From Sedimentisphaerales bacterium (GTDB taxonomy: Bacteria > Planctomycetota > Phycisphaerae > Sedimentisphaerales > Anaerobacaceae), in contig DATLBB010000074.1 in the NCBI GenBank assembly GCA_035527155.1, positions 1,029 through 65,028 on the forward strand: DNA of 64,000 bases. Reading direction: 5' to 3'. A program made the translations under genes and the position numbers. Shown here one piece after another: positions 34,215-43,408 of this stretch (the stretch's first letter is position 1; each line of letters opens with the position of its first letter). The notes beneath the pieces were generated by a model. That model made no database searches, was not told the origin of the DNA, and was given only the letters and a program-made list of their open reading frames with translations.

Positions 34215-35717
34215 ATGAGCGGAACATTAGGCAATACTTACAATAATATTAACTTTGCACTGAATTTGCACTCCGAGGCAATGGCCCGCCTGCAGGAACA
34301 AGTATCTACGGGCGCCCGGATAAATCGAGCCTCTGACGGCCCATCCGCCGCGTACCGGATTTTAGGGCTCAACTCAGAGGAAAGATTACTGGGCAATTAC
34401 ATAAAAAACCTCTCGGATGTTATTGGAACTGTGGAGCTTTCCTCGAACATAATTGGGGATATGTTATCAGGGTTTACAGGACCTCAGGGAGTGATATCAC
34501 GTCTAACTCAAATTACCAGCGGCACCTATAGCGCAGAGAGCAGAAAAACCACCGCAGAGGGAATCAACGAACAATTGGAACAGATGCTTATGCTGGCCAA
34601 TACCAAACGTATGGGCCAATACCTGTTTGGGGGCGGTAAGACAAGCTCTGCACCCTATGTCGCAACACGTGTCGATGGAAAAATCACAAAAGTAACTTAC
34701 CAGGGCAGCCTTGAGGACCGGGATATAGAGGTGGCTCCGGGTGTCGAATCATCAGCTCTTTATGTGGGCGATAATATCTTTCGTTCGAATGATCGCAGTA
34801 CACCGGAATTTACTCTTGGCAATACCGGCGTTACAGCCGGAACAGGGACATCGAGTGTTACAGGTTTTACCTGGCTGACCGTGGCCGCCGCGGTAAACGA
34901 AAAGCAAACCATTACAATCACGGGAGGGACGCCTACGTCCGGCAATATTAACATAGCCTTCGGTGCTGCGGCGCCGCTGTCAGTTGATGTTGGCTACCAT
35001 GCTACTGCTGCTGAAGTTGAAACTGCGTTGGAAACTCTGGGTAGCATTGGCAGTGGTGATGTAACTTGTACCGGCAATTTTCTTGATGATGCCAATGGTA
35101 TTACCATTGAATTTACCGGTGCACTGGCACTGACCAACGTTGCAGAGATGGTAGTTACTGATGTCGACCTGGATGCCGGAGCGCCGGCAATTTCAACAGA
35201 CCGGGATGGAGGGATGCAACTTTCCATTGACGGCGGAACGGCAGTTGCTATCCCCATCGGCGATAAGACCAACGTGGCTATAACAAATCCGGACGGCAAA
35301 GTCCTGTATGTCAATGCCGCGGGAACAATCAGTACCGGTGTTGAGCTGGTAGAGGTACCCGGGACCCATGATATATTCAACACACTCATTACTATTCGGG
35401 ACGTGCTGAAAAATGTAAAAGGACATACCGATACTCAAGCACGGGAACTGCTGAATAATTCATTTGATTCGCTGGATGAGCTAAAAAACCTTTTTGCTCA
35501 GACTCAAGCTACCGTAGGGTCAAGAATAAACTTTCTGGACACTCTCGAGGACAATCTAACAAATATGAAGTACAACACTGAGGATGAAACGACACGCCTG
35601 GAGGAAGCCGATATCGCGCAACTTGCGATTGATCTCTCTCGCCGTGAGGTTCTATACCAAATGTCGTTGGCGATGGCTGCAAAACTTCTGTCTATGTCGC
35701 TGCTGGATTTCCTCTGA
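34215..35717 (+). CDS. flgL: Hook-associated protein 3, FlgL
   Basis: N-terminus LQEQVSTGARINRASDGPSAAYRILGL. C-terminus EEADIAQLAIDLSRREVLYQMSLAMAAKLLSMSLLDFL. Confidence 0.85.
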   Translation: MSGTLGNTYNNINFALNLHSEAMARLQEQVSTGARINRASDGPSAAYRILGLNSEERLLGNYIKNLSDVIGTVELSSNIIGDMLSGFTGPQGVISRLTQITSGTYSAESRKTTAEGINEQLEQMLMLANTKRMGQYLFGGGKTSSAPYVATRVDGKITKVTYQGSLEDRDIEVAPGVESSALYVGDNIFRSNDRSTPEFTLGNTGVTAGTGTSSVTGFTWLTVAAAVNEKQTITITGGTPTSGNINIAFGAAAPLSVDVGYHATAAEVETALETLGSIGSGDVTCTGNFLDDANGITIEFTGALALTNVAEMVVTDVDLDAGAPAISTDRDGGMQLSIDGGTAVAIPIGDKTNVAITNPDGKVLYVNAAGTISTGVELVEVPGTHDIFNTLITIRDVLKNVKGHTDTQARELLNNSFDSLDELKNLFAQTQATVGSRINFLDTLEDNLTNMKYNTEDETTRLEEADIAQLAIDLSRREVLYQMSLAMAAKLLSMSLLDFL

Positions 35718-35877
35718 CCGACGTCAGTTAGCCGTTGGACTTACGGGGCTGATGGCTGCTGAGAACAACGGTTAAAAACCAAAGGATGATTCTTAGAATG
35801 ACATACATGTTTGATATTCATACAAATTGTGCGTTTGGAACCGCAGAATTTCCCGTGGATACCCATCTTGTGGTTAA

Positions 35878-35893
35878 CGGCACGGGATTTGCA
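35878..35893 (+). promoter_or_regulatory. Sigma-54 promoter (CGGCAC-GGGAT-TTGCA)
   Basis: Exact GGCAC-N5-TTGC match, 106 nt upstream of ATG 35999. Identical at 15 of 16 positions to the fliO promoter motif. Confidence 0.55.
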
Positions 35894-35998
35894 CGATGAC
35901 TATGATGTGGCTATTAGGCCAGAGGTTTATAAATATATCCTGGGGTTCCAACCACAAAATAGTGGGTTTGAGAACCGCATAAATATGGAGCAAAGCAG

Positions 35999-37516
35999 AT
36001 GACAGTGGCAACGAATTCGAATCCTTACCAGAGGAGTGTGGAATTAGCCGAACACGGCGATTATCCGGAAGCTCTCGCTTGTGCTCAAGAACATCTTCGT
36101 ACAGCACCGGAGGATGTGCAGGCGCTGAACGACGCAGGAGCAATTCTGTATTGCCTGGGCCGCCCCGATGAAGCCATCGACCATTTCGTCAAAGCCAGGA
36201 GTTTGCATGGCGGCTCTGCCGAGATATTGCGGAACCTGGTAGAAGCATATCTTGCCGTCGGCAAAGCAAACGAAGTTATACAGCTTTTTGATGATATGGA
36301 GCAGATGGGCATATTGAACACGGACATACTTAACAGAATCGCCAACGCACTCCTGGACCAGGATAATAAGGGCGGCGCTATCGAAATTCTGCAACAGTCA
36401 CTCCAAATCGCCCCCGACCAGAAAATCCTCGAACCGATGATAGAAGTAATCCGTTCTAAAATGCCGAAGGTGTCTTTTTTCTGCGGCGGCGATGGTATGA
36501 GGTCTCTTAACGAAATTACCAAATTTATAAAACGGCGCTTTGAAGTACATCTTTTTGAGGACCAGACAGAAAAAGAACTGTATGAATCGATGAAATCCAG
36601 CGACATCTGCTGGTTTGAGCAGTGCGCCAATCTCGCAGTAACAGCCTCGAAGATGCCGAAAGTTTGCTCTGAAATTATAAGACTGCAGCACCACGAAGCC
36701 TATAAGCAGTGGCCCAAAGAAGTTAACTGGGCCAATATCGACATCCTTGTTACTGTCGGCAACAGCTTTTTCAGGGACGCTCTTACCCAAACGGTCCCTA
36801 AGCTCGATGAGTCAACGTCGATAGTTACTGTTCCCAACGGTGTAAATCTCGAAAAATTTGCATTTACAAATCGCCAACGCGGCAAAAATATTGCCTTCTT
36901 GGGCAATCTGGGAATGGTAACGAATCCCGCTTTTGTCCTGCAGTGTATGCAAAAGCTGCACTACATCGACCCGGAGTACCGTTTGTTCTTTGGCGAACAA
37001 TTTGCGGATGCGGCTCTCGAACAATATCTAAGGTATATGGTTGATGCTCTTGGGCTTCGTGATGTAGTGTTCTTTGCCCCCCCTGCTTTCCTGCGAAAGC
37101 AAGAAGGCGGCGCCGAAGATGTGGACTGCTGGCTTGAGGACAAACACTACATCGTTTCCACCAGCATCATTGAAGGCGATGGTATGGGGCTGCTGGAAGG
37201 TATGGCTTGCGGCCTGAAACCGGTTATCCATAACTTTCCAGGCGCCGAGCAGGCGTTTCCATCCGAATTCCTGTTTAACATCTCCGAAGAATTCTGCGAG
37301 CAGATTCTTTCCGATAAGTACGAACCACAATGGTATCGCAGATTTGTTGAGGAAAACTATCCGCTGGAAAACCAGTTGATAAATATCAACGACATTTTCA
37401 CACAGCTTGAACCTGAAAGCGTGACCGGCGACTCGTGGTCCGGGTCGCAGTCCCAGGGGGGACACCTCTCGGTGGATGCAGAACACAGGATACCAGTCAT
37501 GAGTTACCAGTCATAA
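35999..37516 (+). CDS. TPR + GT-B (GT1/GT4-type) glycosyltransferase
   Basis: N-terminal TPR helices (AEHGDYPEALACAQEHLRTAPEDVQALNDAGAILYCLGRPDEAIDHFVKA). C-terminal glycosyltransferase signature STSIIEGDGMGLLEGMACGLKPVIHNFPGA. Confidence 0.8.
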   Translation: MTVATNSNPYQRSVELAEHGDYPEALACAQEHLRTAPEDVQALNDAGAILYCLGRPDEAIDHFVKARSLHGGSAEILRNLVEAYLAVGKANEVIQLFDDMEQMGILNTDILNRIANALLDQDNKGGAIEILQQSLQIAPDQKILEPMIEVIRSKMPKVSFFCGGDGMRSLNEITKFIKRRFEVHLFEDQTEKELYESMKSSDICWFEQCANLAVTASKMPKVCSEIIRLQHHEAYKQWPKEVNWANIDILVTVGNSFFRDALTQTVPKLDESTSIVTVPNGVNLEKFAFTNRQRGKNIAFLGNLGMVTNPAFVLQCMQKLHYIDPEYRLFFGEQFADAALEQYLRYMVDALGLRDVVFFAPPAFLRKQEGGAEDVDCWLEDKHYIVSTSIIEGDGMGLLEGMACGLKPVIHNFPGAEQAFPSEFLFNISEEFCEQILSDKYEPQWYRRFVEENYPLENQLININDIFTQLEPESVTGDSWSGSQSQGGHLSVDAEHRIPVMSYQS

Positions 37517-37627
37517 ATCAATGAGCGTGAAGTTAGAGGCGAAGGTCAAGCGTGAAAAAAAGGGTTTTAATTCGGCGATAGAATTACTCGAAAGAGCAGA
37601 GCAAATACCTGAAGGAAAAGAACTGAT

Positions 37628-38290
37628 ATGGACATAACACAAGGCGATACCGGCCAACAGCGTGATTCAACTCAGCGTTACGAAGTTCTGCAGGAACTTG
37701 GTGACTGTTACACCTCTGTCGGAAACTACGAAGAGGCACAACACTACTATGACAAAGCAGCCGTCTTGGGCCCTGATGAGCCAGGTCCTTATGTTGGGCT
37801 CGGAGCAGTGGCCCTGCAAAAGAATCTTCTTGATGACGCCGAAACAGCCTTTAGGGTAGCCTGTCGGCTGGACGCCAATTGCGCCAAGGCCTATGCCGGA
37901 CTCGCTATGGTCGCACAGCAAAGAGCCGACTACAAGCTGGCCTTTGAGATGTATCTTAAATGCCTCGAGCTGGACACCGACAACCTTATAGCTCTTTTGG
38001 GGCTCTTTCAGACCTCCTGCCAGATGGGCTCATTCGCCAAGGTCACCCACTATCTGGAGCTGTATTTGAATATGCACCCGGGCGATGCCTCCGTTATGTT
38101 CCCTCTGGCGGCGTTGTATATGAAAGATGGCAGGCTTGAGCAGTCCAAAAAAATCCTCCTGGACATGTTAACTCTGGACCGAGACAACCAGGATGCAGCT
38201 AATCTGCTGGAAGAAGTCGAACACGGTTTGGCCCAGGCAAAACAGGCAGTCCACTCGGGGACGCCTTACGGCGGAGTCCAAACCAGATGA
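37628..38290 (+). CDS. TPR-repeat protein
   Basis: Consecutive TPR units (LGDCYTSVGNYEEAQHYYDKAAVLGPDEP..., AKAYAGLAMVAQQRADYKLAFEMYLKCLELDTDN...). Confidence 0.75.
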   Translation: MDITQGDTGQQRDSTQRYEVLQELGDCYTSVGNYEEAQHYYDKAAVLGPDEPGPYVGLGAVALQKNLLDDAETAFRVACRLDANCAKAYAGLAMVAQQRADYKLAFEMYLKCLELDTDNLIALLGLFQTSCQMGSFAKVTHYLELYLNMHPGDASVMFPLAALYMKDGRLEQSKKILLDMLTLDRDNQDAANLLEEVEHGLAQAKQAVHSGTPYGGVQTR

Positions 38291-38634
38291 TTACCGGTAA
38301 AACTGAGGTAATTGGCGATAAACAAATACATCTGCTGGATGAGCTGCAAAGTCTGTTGGAAAAGCAGATAGAGCTGGCGCGGCAGGGCAACGCGGCCGGC
38401 AGACGGATTGAGGTTTTAAGCAAGCAAGCCGATTCTCTCGCAGGGAAAATCGTACAGTCAGGAATTCTTGAGTCAACTGAATTTGAAAATCGGCGGGAGC
38501 ATTTGAAGAAACTATACGACACACTACGCCTGGCCATCGAAACTCAGAAAGCCGACGTTTCCGAGAAGCTAAATCAGGTCCGCAAAGGCAAAAAGACCGT
38601 ACAGACTTACCATAGTCATATTAGATATATTTGA
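38287..38634 (+). CDS. Hypothetical helical protein, possibly a FlgN/FliT-like chaperone
   Basis: ATGA overlap with the TPR gene and positioned directly upstream of fliD. The LLDELQSLLEKQIELARQGNAAGRRIEVLSKQADSLAGKI pattern is chaperone-like. Not FliS-like. Confidence 0.4.
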   Translation: MITGKTEVIGDKQIHLLDELQSLLEKQIELARQGNAAGRRIEVLSKQADSLAGKIVQSGILESTEFENRREHLKKLYDTLRLAIETQKADVSEKLNQVRKGKKTVQTYHSHIRYI

Positions 38635-38641
38635 TTGCGAG

Positions 38642-38668
38642 TTAAGTGAACGTGTCTTTTGCCGAAAA
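38642..38668 (+). promoter_or_regulatory. Sigma-28 promoter-like motif upstream of fliD
   Basis: TTAAGTGA-N11-GCCGAAAA against TAAAGTTT-N11-GCCGATAA. 80 nt upstream of the fliD ATG. Confidence 0.5.
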
Positions 38669-38747
38669 TAGAGTTTGGAATAGTACACATGTAATGTGTG
38701 TTCGGAGACCTTTGTAAGACCGTTAGAGAGCAAAAAGGCAGACAAAA

Positions 38748-41153
38748 ATGGGAATTATACGTCTTCCAGGGCTGTTAACAGGCCTGGACACAAACACACT
38801 CATCGCTCAACTAATGGCAATTAAGCGCCGTCAGCTCAATAAATTAGAAGAAAGCAAAAGCCGGTACGAGCAAAAAACAAACGCTCTGAACCTCCTGGAA
38901 GGCAAGCTCAGCAGCTTAAGAAGCTCAGTTCGATCACTTTCGGACGCAGATGAACTTCGTGCTTTTTCAGCCTCCTCCAGCGACACCGACATATTGACCG
39001 CTCAAGCGTCCTATAACGCTTTTGAAGGCAATCACACGGTTGAAATCAACCAATTGGCCACTGCCGAGCGTTGGGTTCACACGAACGGCCTTGAATACGT
39101 CGAAGATTTAGTCGAAGCAGGAACTTTTATTTACTCATATAACCACAAGGAAACGGTTCTGACGACCACATCTGATACGACACTGGAGGATTTCGTCGGC
39201 TTAATCAATAACGATGCGAACAATCCCGGCGTTACTGCAAGTCTGCTGCACTACAACGACGCCTACCATCTGGTACTGAATGGCAATGAGGCCGGCACGG
39301 ATTACAAAATCTTCATAAATGCAGGCAGTACCGAAGTCTGGCAAGCTAAATCGGCTCTTACTAAGGATTCTGATAACGCCACTCTGAGCACAAAGATAAC
39401 AGAGCTTGACCAGTTTACTGTGAACAACGGTCTGCAGGGAGACGAACAGATTCAAATAACTGGTACAGACCATAACGGCGCTGATATAACCCAGGTAGAC
39501 CCCTTCTATATTACGGAAAACACCACAGTTGGCCATCTTCTTTCAGAGATTAATGATGTTTTTGACGGCATCGCTAAAGCGGTTCTTGAGAATGGCGAAA
39601 TTATTTTGACAGATAATACCTCCGGCACGAGCAGTCTTTCAATTCTTTTGACTTACGACCCGGGCTCAGGTGACACAGATCTGACGTTGCCTGATGAAGT
39701 TGGAAATTGGGACGTAACAGAAGGCGGCGGCACAACAGCATCGGGCCTTAACGACGATTTTCAACCAGCAGACTTTACTCTAAGCCAGGCTGCTCAGGAC
39801 TCGAAGATCAAGGTGGACGGCTTTCCTTCAACTTCAGCAGTTGCCGAGGTGCAGCATCTGGACTTTATCAGCAAGGCAACCAGTGGCACGTGGACCTTGA
39901 CGTATGATGGGCAAACAACTGCTGCCATCGCCTACAACGCTACCACAGCCGAGGTTCAGGCGGCACTTGAGCTGTTACCGAACGTCTCTACCGATGATAT
40001 AACAGTAGGTGGTGATGAATTGACAGCGAATAACGGTACGATGACATTTGAATTCACCAATATACCAGGTGACGTTAATATGCTCGTTATCGACTCGAGC
40101 AGCCTCACTCCTTCGGACCCTTCGAATTGGGTTTTCACAGAAGAGGAAAAAGGACAGGATGGTTACATCAACAGAAGCTCAAATACGGTCGATGATGTGA
40201 TTAGCGGCGTTACACTGCACCTCCACGATACAACCGAGGCCGGTGGAGAGGAGATAACTCTGACAAGAAATATCAAATCGGTCACAGCAAAAATCAATAG
40301 TATGATTACGGCCTACAATGCCGTCGTCGTCTATCTTCAGGAAAAGACCGGCTACAATGATGAGCTAAAAACCGCCGGCGTGCTAATGGGAGATTACATC
40401 GTTTCAACCATAAGGAACAACATTCGCACGCCCATTATTTCCCAAACCAGTGGATTTATAGAAGACATCGACACCTTCCTGTTACCCCTCCACCTCGGCC
40501 TTGAGATTGACCGTGACGGTCTGTTGAGTTTGGACTCAAACGTTTTTGATGAAGCTATAGCTGAAGATTATCTGGGCGCTCTTGCCATAATAGGGGCCGA
40601 TAAAACGGGAAGCTCGGACAGCAATACCCTCGAGTTTTACAGCGCCAGTAGTAATTATACCACAGCGGGCAGCTACGACGTTAGGGTCATGATTAACGCC
40701 AGCGAACAAATCACCAGCGCCGAAATCAAACTCTCAACAGAAGAGACCTACCGCACTGCAACATACAGCGGCAATATTGTCACGGGCGACAGCACATTCG
40801 ACGATAACGGCAACCCAGTGTATCCTGAGAACGGCCTCCAGGTCAGCGTCGACGTAAGCCAGGGCGAAGGCACTTACACTGCTACGGTCCGTGTAAAGCA
40901 GGGCTTTACCGGCGTTATTCAAGAGGCCATCGATAAAATGATAATGACGGCAACCGGCTCTATCCCGATAAGCAGAGAACATACCGAAGATATAATTGAG
41001 GAAATCGAAAACAGTATCGAGCTCGAAGAACGCCGCCTTACTCGAAGTGAGGAAAGATTGATACAACAATTTACCCGCCTCGAGAAAACCTTAACCTTGC
41101 TCCAAAACCAGATGACATCCCTCGGTCTTATGATGCAAGTGAGTTATGATTAG
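38748..41153 (+). CDS. fliD: Filament cap protein FliD (enlarged, 801 aa)
   Basis: N-terminus GLLTGLDTNTLIAQLMAIKRRQLNKLE. Central DSKIKVDGFP...NTVDDVISGVTLHL. C-terminal RLIQQFTRLEKTLTLLQNQMTSL. Confidence 0.9.
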   Translation: MGIIRLPGLLTGLDTNTLIAQLMAIKRRQLNKLEESKSRYEQKTNALNLLEGKLSSLRSSVRSLSDADELRAFSASSSDTDILTAQASYNAFEGNHTVEINQLATAERWVHTNGLEYVEDLVEAGTFIYSYNHKETVLTTTSDTTLEDFVGLINNDANNPGVTASLLHYNDAYHLVLNGNEAGTDYKIFINAGSTEVWQAKSALTKDSDNATLSTKITELDQFTVNNGLQGDEQIQITGTDHNGADITQVDPFYITENTTVGHLLSEINDVFDGIAKAVLENGEIILTDNTSGTSSLSILLTYDPGSGDTDLTLPDEVGNWDVTEGGGTTASGLNDDFQPADFTLSQAAQDSKIKVDGFPSTSAVAEVQHLDFISKATSGTWTLTYDGQTTAAIAYNATTAEVQAALELLPNVSTDDITVGGDELTANNGTMTFEFTNIPGDVNMLVIDSSSLTPSDPSNWVFTEEEKGQDGYINRSSNTVDDVISGVTLHLHDTTEAGGEEITLTRNIKSVTAKINSMITAYNAVVVYLQEKTGYNDELKTAGVLMGDYIVSTIRNNIRTPIISQTSGFIEDIDTFLLPLHLGLEIDRDGLLSLDSNVFDEAIAEDYLGALAIIGADKTGSSDSNTLEFYSASSNYTTAGSYDVRVMINASEQITSAEIKLSTEETYRTATYSGNIVTGDSTFDDNGNPVYPENGLQVSVDVSQGEGTYTATVRVKQGFTGVIQEAIDKMIMTATGSIPISREHTEDIIEEIENSIELEERRLTRSEERLIQQFTRLEKTLTLLQNQMTSLGLMMQVSYD

Positions 41154-41177
41154 TGACCGATTACTACCGGCCCCTGT

Positions 41178-42242
41178 CTATTTCCTACGCCGCAGCCGAT
41201 AAATCATAGCCAACACCTCTGCTACGGCCACGTATAAGGTCTGGGGGATAGGACCGCCGAGCTTCACTGTCGAATATATTGTTCTTGCCAGGTCCGGCTT
41301 TCTTATTACAGGCACACCGTAAGCCCGCGCGATTTCTCTGATTTTTTCCGCTAACTGGTCTGCCCCTTTGGCCACCAGAAGGGGCGATTCCATTGTCTTG
41401 GCATCGTAGCGGAGCGCAACAGCTACGTGTGTCGGGTTGACGAGGACGACACTCGCCTTGGGCACTTCCTGCAGCATGCGCTTCCTGGCCATCTCGAACT
41501 GAACCCTCCGGATTCGACTTCTGAGCTCCGGGGAACCTTCCATGTCTTTGCGCTCTTGTTTTACTTCCTGCCGCGTCATTTTCAGGTCCTGGGTGTATTT
41601 CCACTTCTGATAAAAGGCGTCGGCAAGACCTATTGCCAATAGCGCAATGCCAACGCGTATCAAAAGGCCAAGTATTATCTTCGCGATAACTGCAAGTATC
41701 TGTACCGACCAGGCCCATCGAAGGCTGGCGAGCATATTGAGCCTGCTCTGAAGATAGAACCAGACGATGAATGAGACAAAAATCAATTTAAATATGGAAA
41801 CCAGGAGTTTAACCATAGACCGGGCGTTTACGAGCTTGGCAAATCCTGTTACCGGATTTAGCTGACTGAATTTCAAGCTTATGGCTTCCGGTGCGAAATT
41901 CAGGCCGCTGATAGCAACGCAAGCTAAAACAGAGCCTGCAAAAAGAGCTGCAAGAACGGGGCAGACAACAAGTATCGAATCGACAATTTTTGCGTTGAAA
42001 AAATTCAAAAATGATTTGCTGTCAGCGAAAACATCAATTTCACATGACATGCCATGCTTGACCTGCACAATGAACCACCGCAGCAGACTCGGACTCAATA
42101 GAGCTATCACCGCTATCAGTGCCAGAAGCGTCACAATCGACGTTAATTCCTGGCTCTGCGGCACCTGCCCTTTTTTCCTGGCTTTCTCTAACTTCTTTTG
42201 TGTTGGCTGTTCTGTCCTTTCGGCAGCCGGCTTCTCTGGCAT
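41178..42242 (-). CDS. flhB: Flagellar export switch protein FlhB
   Basis: AAERTEQPTQKKLEKARKKGQVPQSQEL N-terminus and the NPTH autocleavage site in VVLVNPTHVAVALRY. Confidence 0.95.
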   Translation of the reverse strand: MPEKPAAERTEQPTQKKLEKARKKGQVPQSQELTSIVTLLALIAVIALLSPSLLRWFIVQVKHGMSCEIDVFADSKSFLNFFNAKIVDSILVVCPVLAALFAGSVLACVAISGLNFAPEAISLKFSQLNPVTGFAKLVNARSMVKLLVSIFKLIFVSFIVWFYLQSRLNMLASLRWAWSVQILAVIAKIILGLLIRVGIALLAIGLADAFYQKWKYTQDLKMTRQEVKQERKDMEGSPELRSRIRRVQFEMARKRMLQEVPKASVVLVNPTHVAVALRYDAKTMESPLLVAKGADQLAEKIREIARAYGVPVIRKPDLARTIYSTVKLGGPIPQTLYVAVAEVLAMIYRLRRRK

Positions 42243-42318
42243 CCTCTATCCTCTATCTTTGGTTATCGGTAAACGGTTATTGGTTAAATAATCACCAGTT
42301 ACCAATCACCAATCACAC

Positions 42319-43071
42319 TCACAAGGGCAGCAGTTTGCCCACCCAATCGGCGAATTCAGCCACGAATCCGTTAAGAAAAGGCAAGAATATCGTCACGGTT
42401 AAGAGGCCGAGGCCTACACGCAATGGGAGACTTATGAAGAGGATATTCATCTCCGGCACTATGCGGGCCAACACGGCTAATACGACCATCAACACCAGGA
42501 ACGCCGCCAAAATTGGTGCGGCCAATTTTAGGCCGGCAATGAACATTGCCGAGCCGGCTTTTACTACCCCTGCGGTCAAGACCGCTACTGTCGGGGTGCT
42601 GCCAGCAGGAAATGCCTCGTAACTTCTGGAGATAATCAGCAAAAGCAAATGGTGACCATTGGCACTTAGAAACAGGATTATAAATATCATTTCCAACAAG
42701 CTGCTCAGCGGCTGGACACTCTCACCGGTCAATGGGTCTAAAATCTCGGCCATGGCCAAACCCATCTGCCGTTCGATAATCCGCCCGCTGAGCTTGACGG
42801 CAGAAAAAACAACAGCAGCAACTAATCCTAAAGCTAAACCGTAGGATGCTTCATTGGCTATCAGCAAAATCGCCTCCAATGTAGAAACGCGCTTGAGCTC
42901 GATGGCCAAAGGGGTTATTGCGGAGAAGAAAATCGCCACCATGACGGTGAGCCCGACTTTTATCCTGACGGGAATAGCCCTCCAACCGAAGACAGGAAGC
43001 ACGAGGAAAAACGCTGAAATCCTTGTCAAGACCATTACAAAGCCAAGCATTTTTTCGAAGATCAGCGTCAT
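42319..43071 (-). CDS. fliR: Flagellar export protein FliR
   Basis: 250 aa, polytopic, FliR-type sequence (FLVLPVFGWRAIPVRIKVGLTV...), positioned between fliQ and flhB. Confidence 0.9.
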   Translation of the reverse strand: MTLIFEKMLGFVMVLTRISAFFLVLPVFGWRAIPVRIKVGLTVMVAIFFSAITPLAIELKRVSTLEAILLIANEASYGLALGLVAAVVFSAVKLSGRIIERQMGLAMAEILDPLTGESVQPLSSLLEMIFIILFLSANGHHLLLLIISRSYEAFPAGSTPTVAVLTAGVVKAGSAMFIAGLKLAAPILAAFLVLMVVLAVLARIVPEMNILFISLPLRVGLGLLTVTIFLPFLNGFVAEFADWVGKLLPL

Positions 43072-43074
43072 AAG

Positions 43075-43347
43075 TCAGTGCCCGATATTCTGGATATGGC
43101 CAAAAATTTCGTTTGTAAATCTAAGTACCACCTGAAGCATCCAGCCGCCGCAAAACAGCGTAACGATACCAACAGCCAGGAGCTTGGGCACTACTGTTAA
43201 AGTCATATCGCGTATGGAAGTAACTGCCTGTAGTAATGTTACGACTACGCCGACCACTATACAGGTCAACAATATTGGTGCAGCTAAAAACAAGGCCGTC
43301 TCGAGAGTACGACGACCCAAAAAAAGAATAAAATTACTATCCATCAA
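43075..43347 (-). CDS. fliQ: Flagellar export protein FliQ
   Basis: 90 aa. LLQAVTSIRDMTLTVVPKLLAVGIV matches the FliQ core. Confidence 0.9.
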   Translation of the reverse strand: MMDSNFILFLGRRTLETALFLAAPILLTCIVVGVVVTLLQAVTSIRDMTLTVVPKLLAVGIVTLFCGGWMLQVVLRFTNEIFGHIQNIGH

Positions 43348-43408
43348 CTAAGCCTCTGCCACAATTGGTTAAATGGTGATTGGTTAAACGTTATGAATTA
43401 CCAGCCCT

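Noticed and set aside
37521-37637. 38-aa ORF (MSVKLEAKVKREKKGFNSAIELLERAEQIPEGKELIWT) overlapping the start of the TPR gene in another frame; possible frameshifted N-terminus
   Set aside because: It is too short to support. It could be a real upstream ORF, or a sign of a sequencing or true frameshift. It cannot be decided without reads or orthologues.
41185-41718. 177-aa alternative-frame minus-strand ORF inside flhB
   Set aside because: Arg/Gly/Pro-rich nonsense sequence in the +1 frame of a clear FlhB gene (NPTH motif present).
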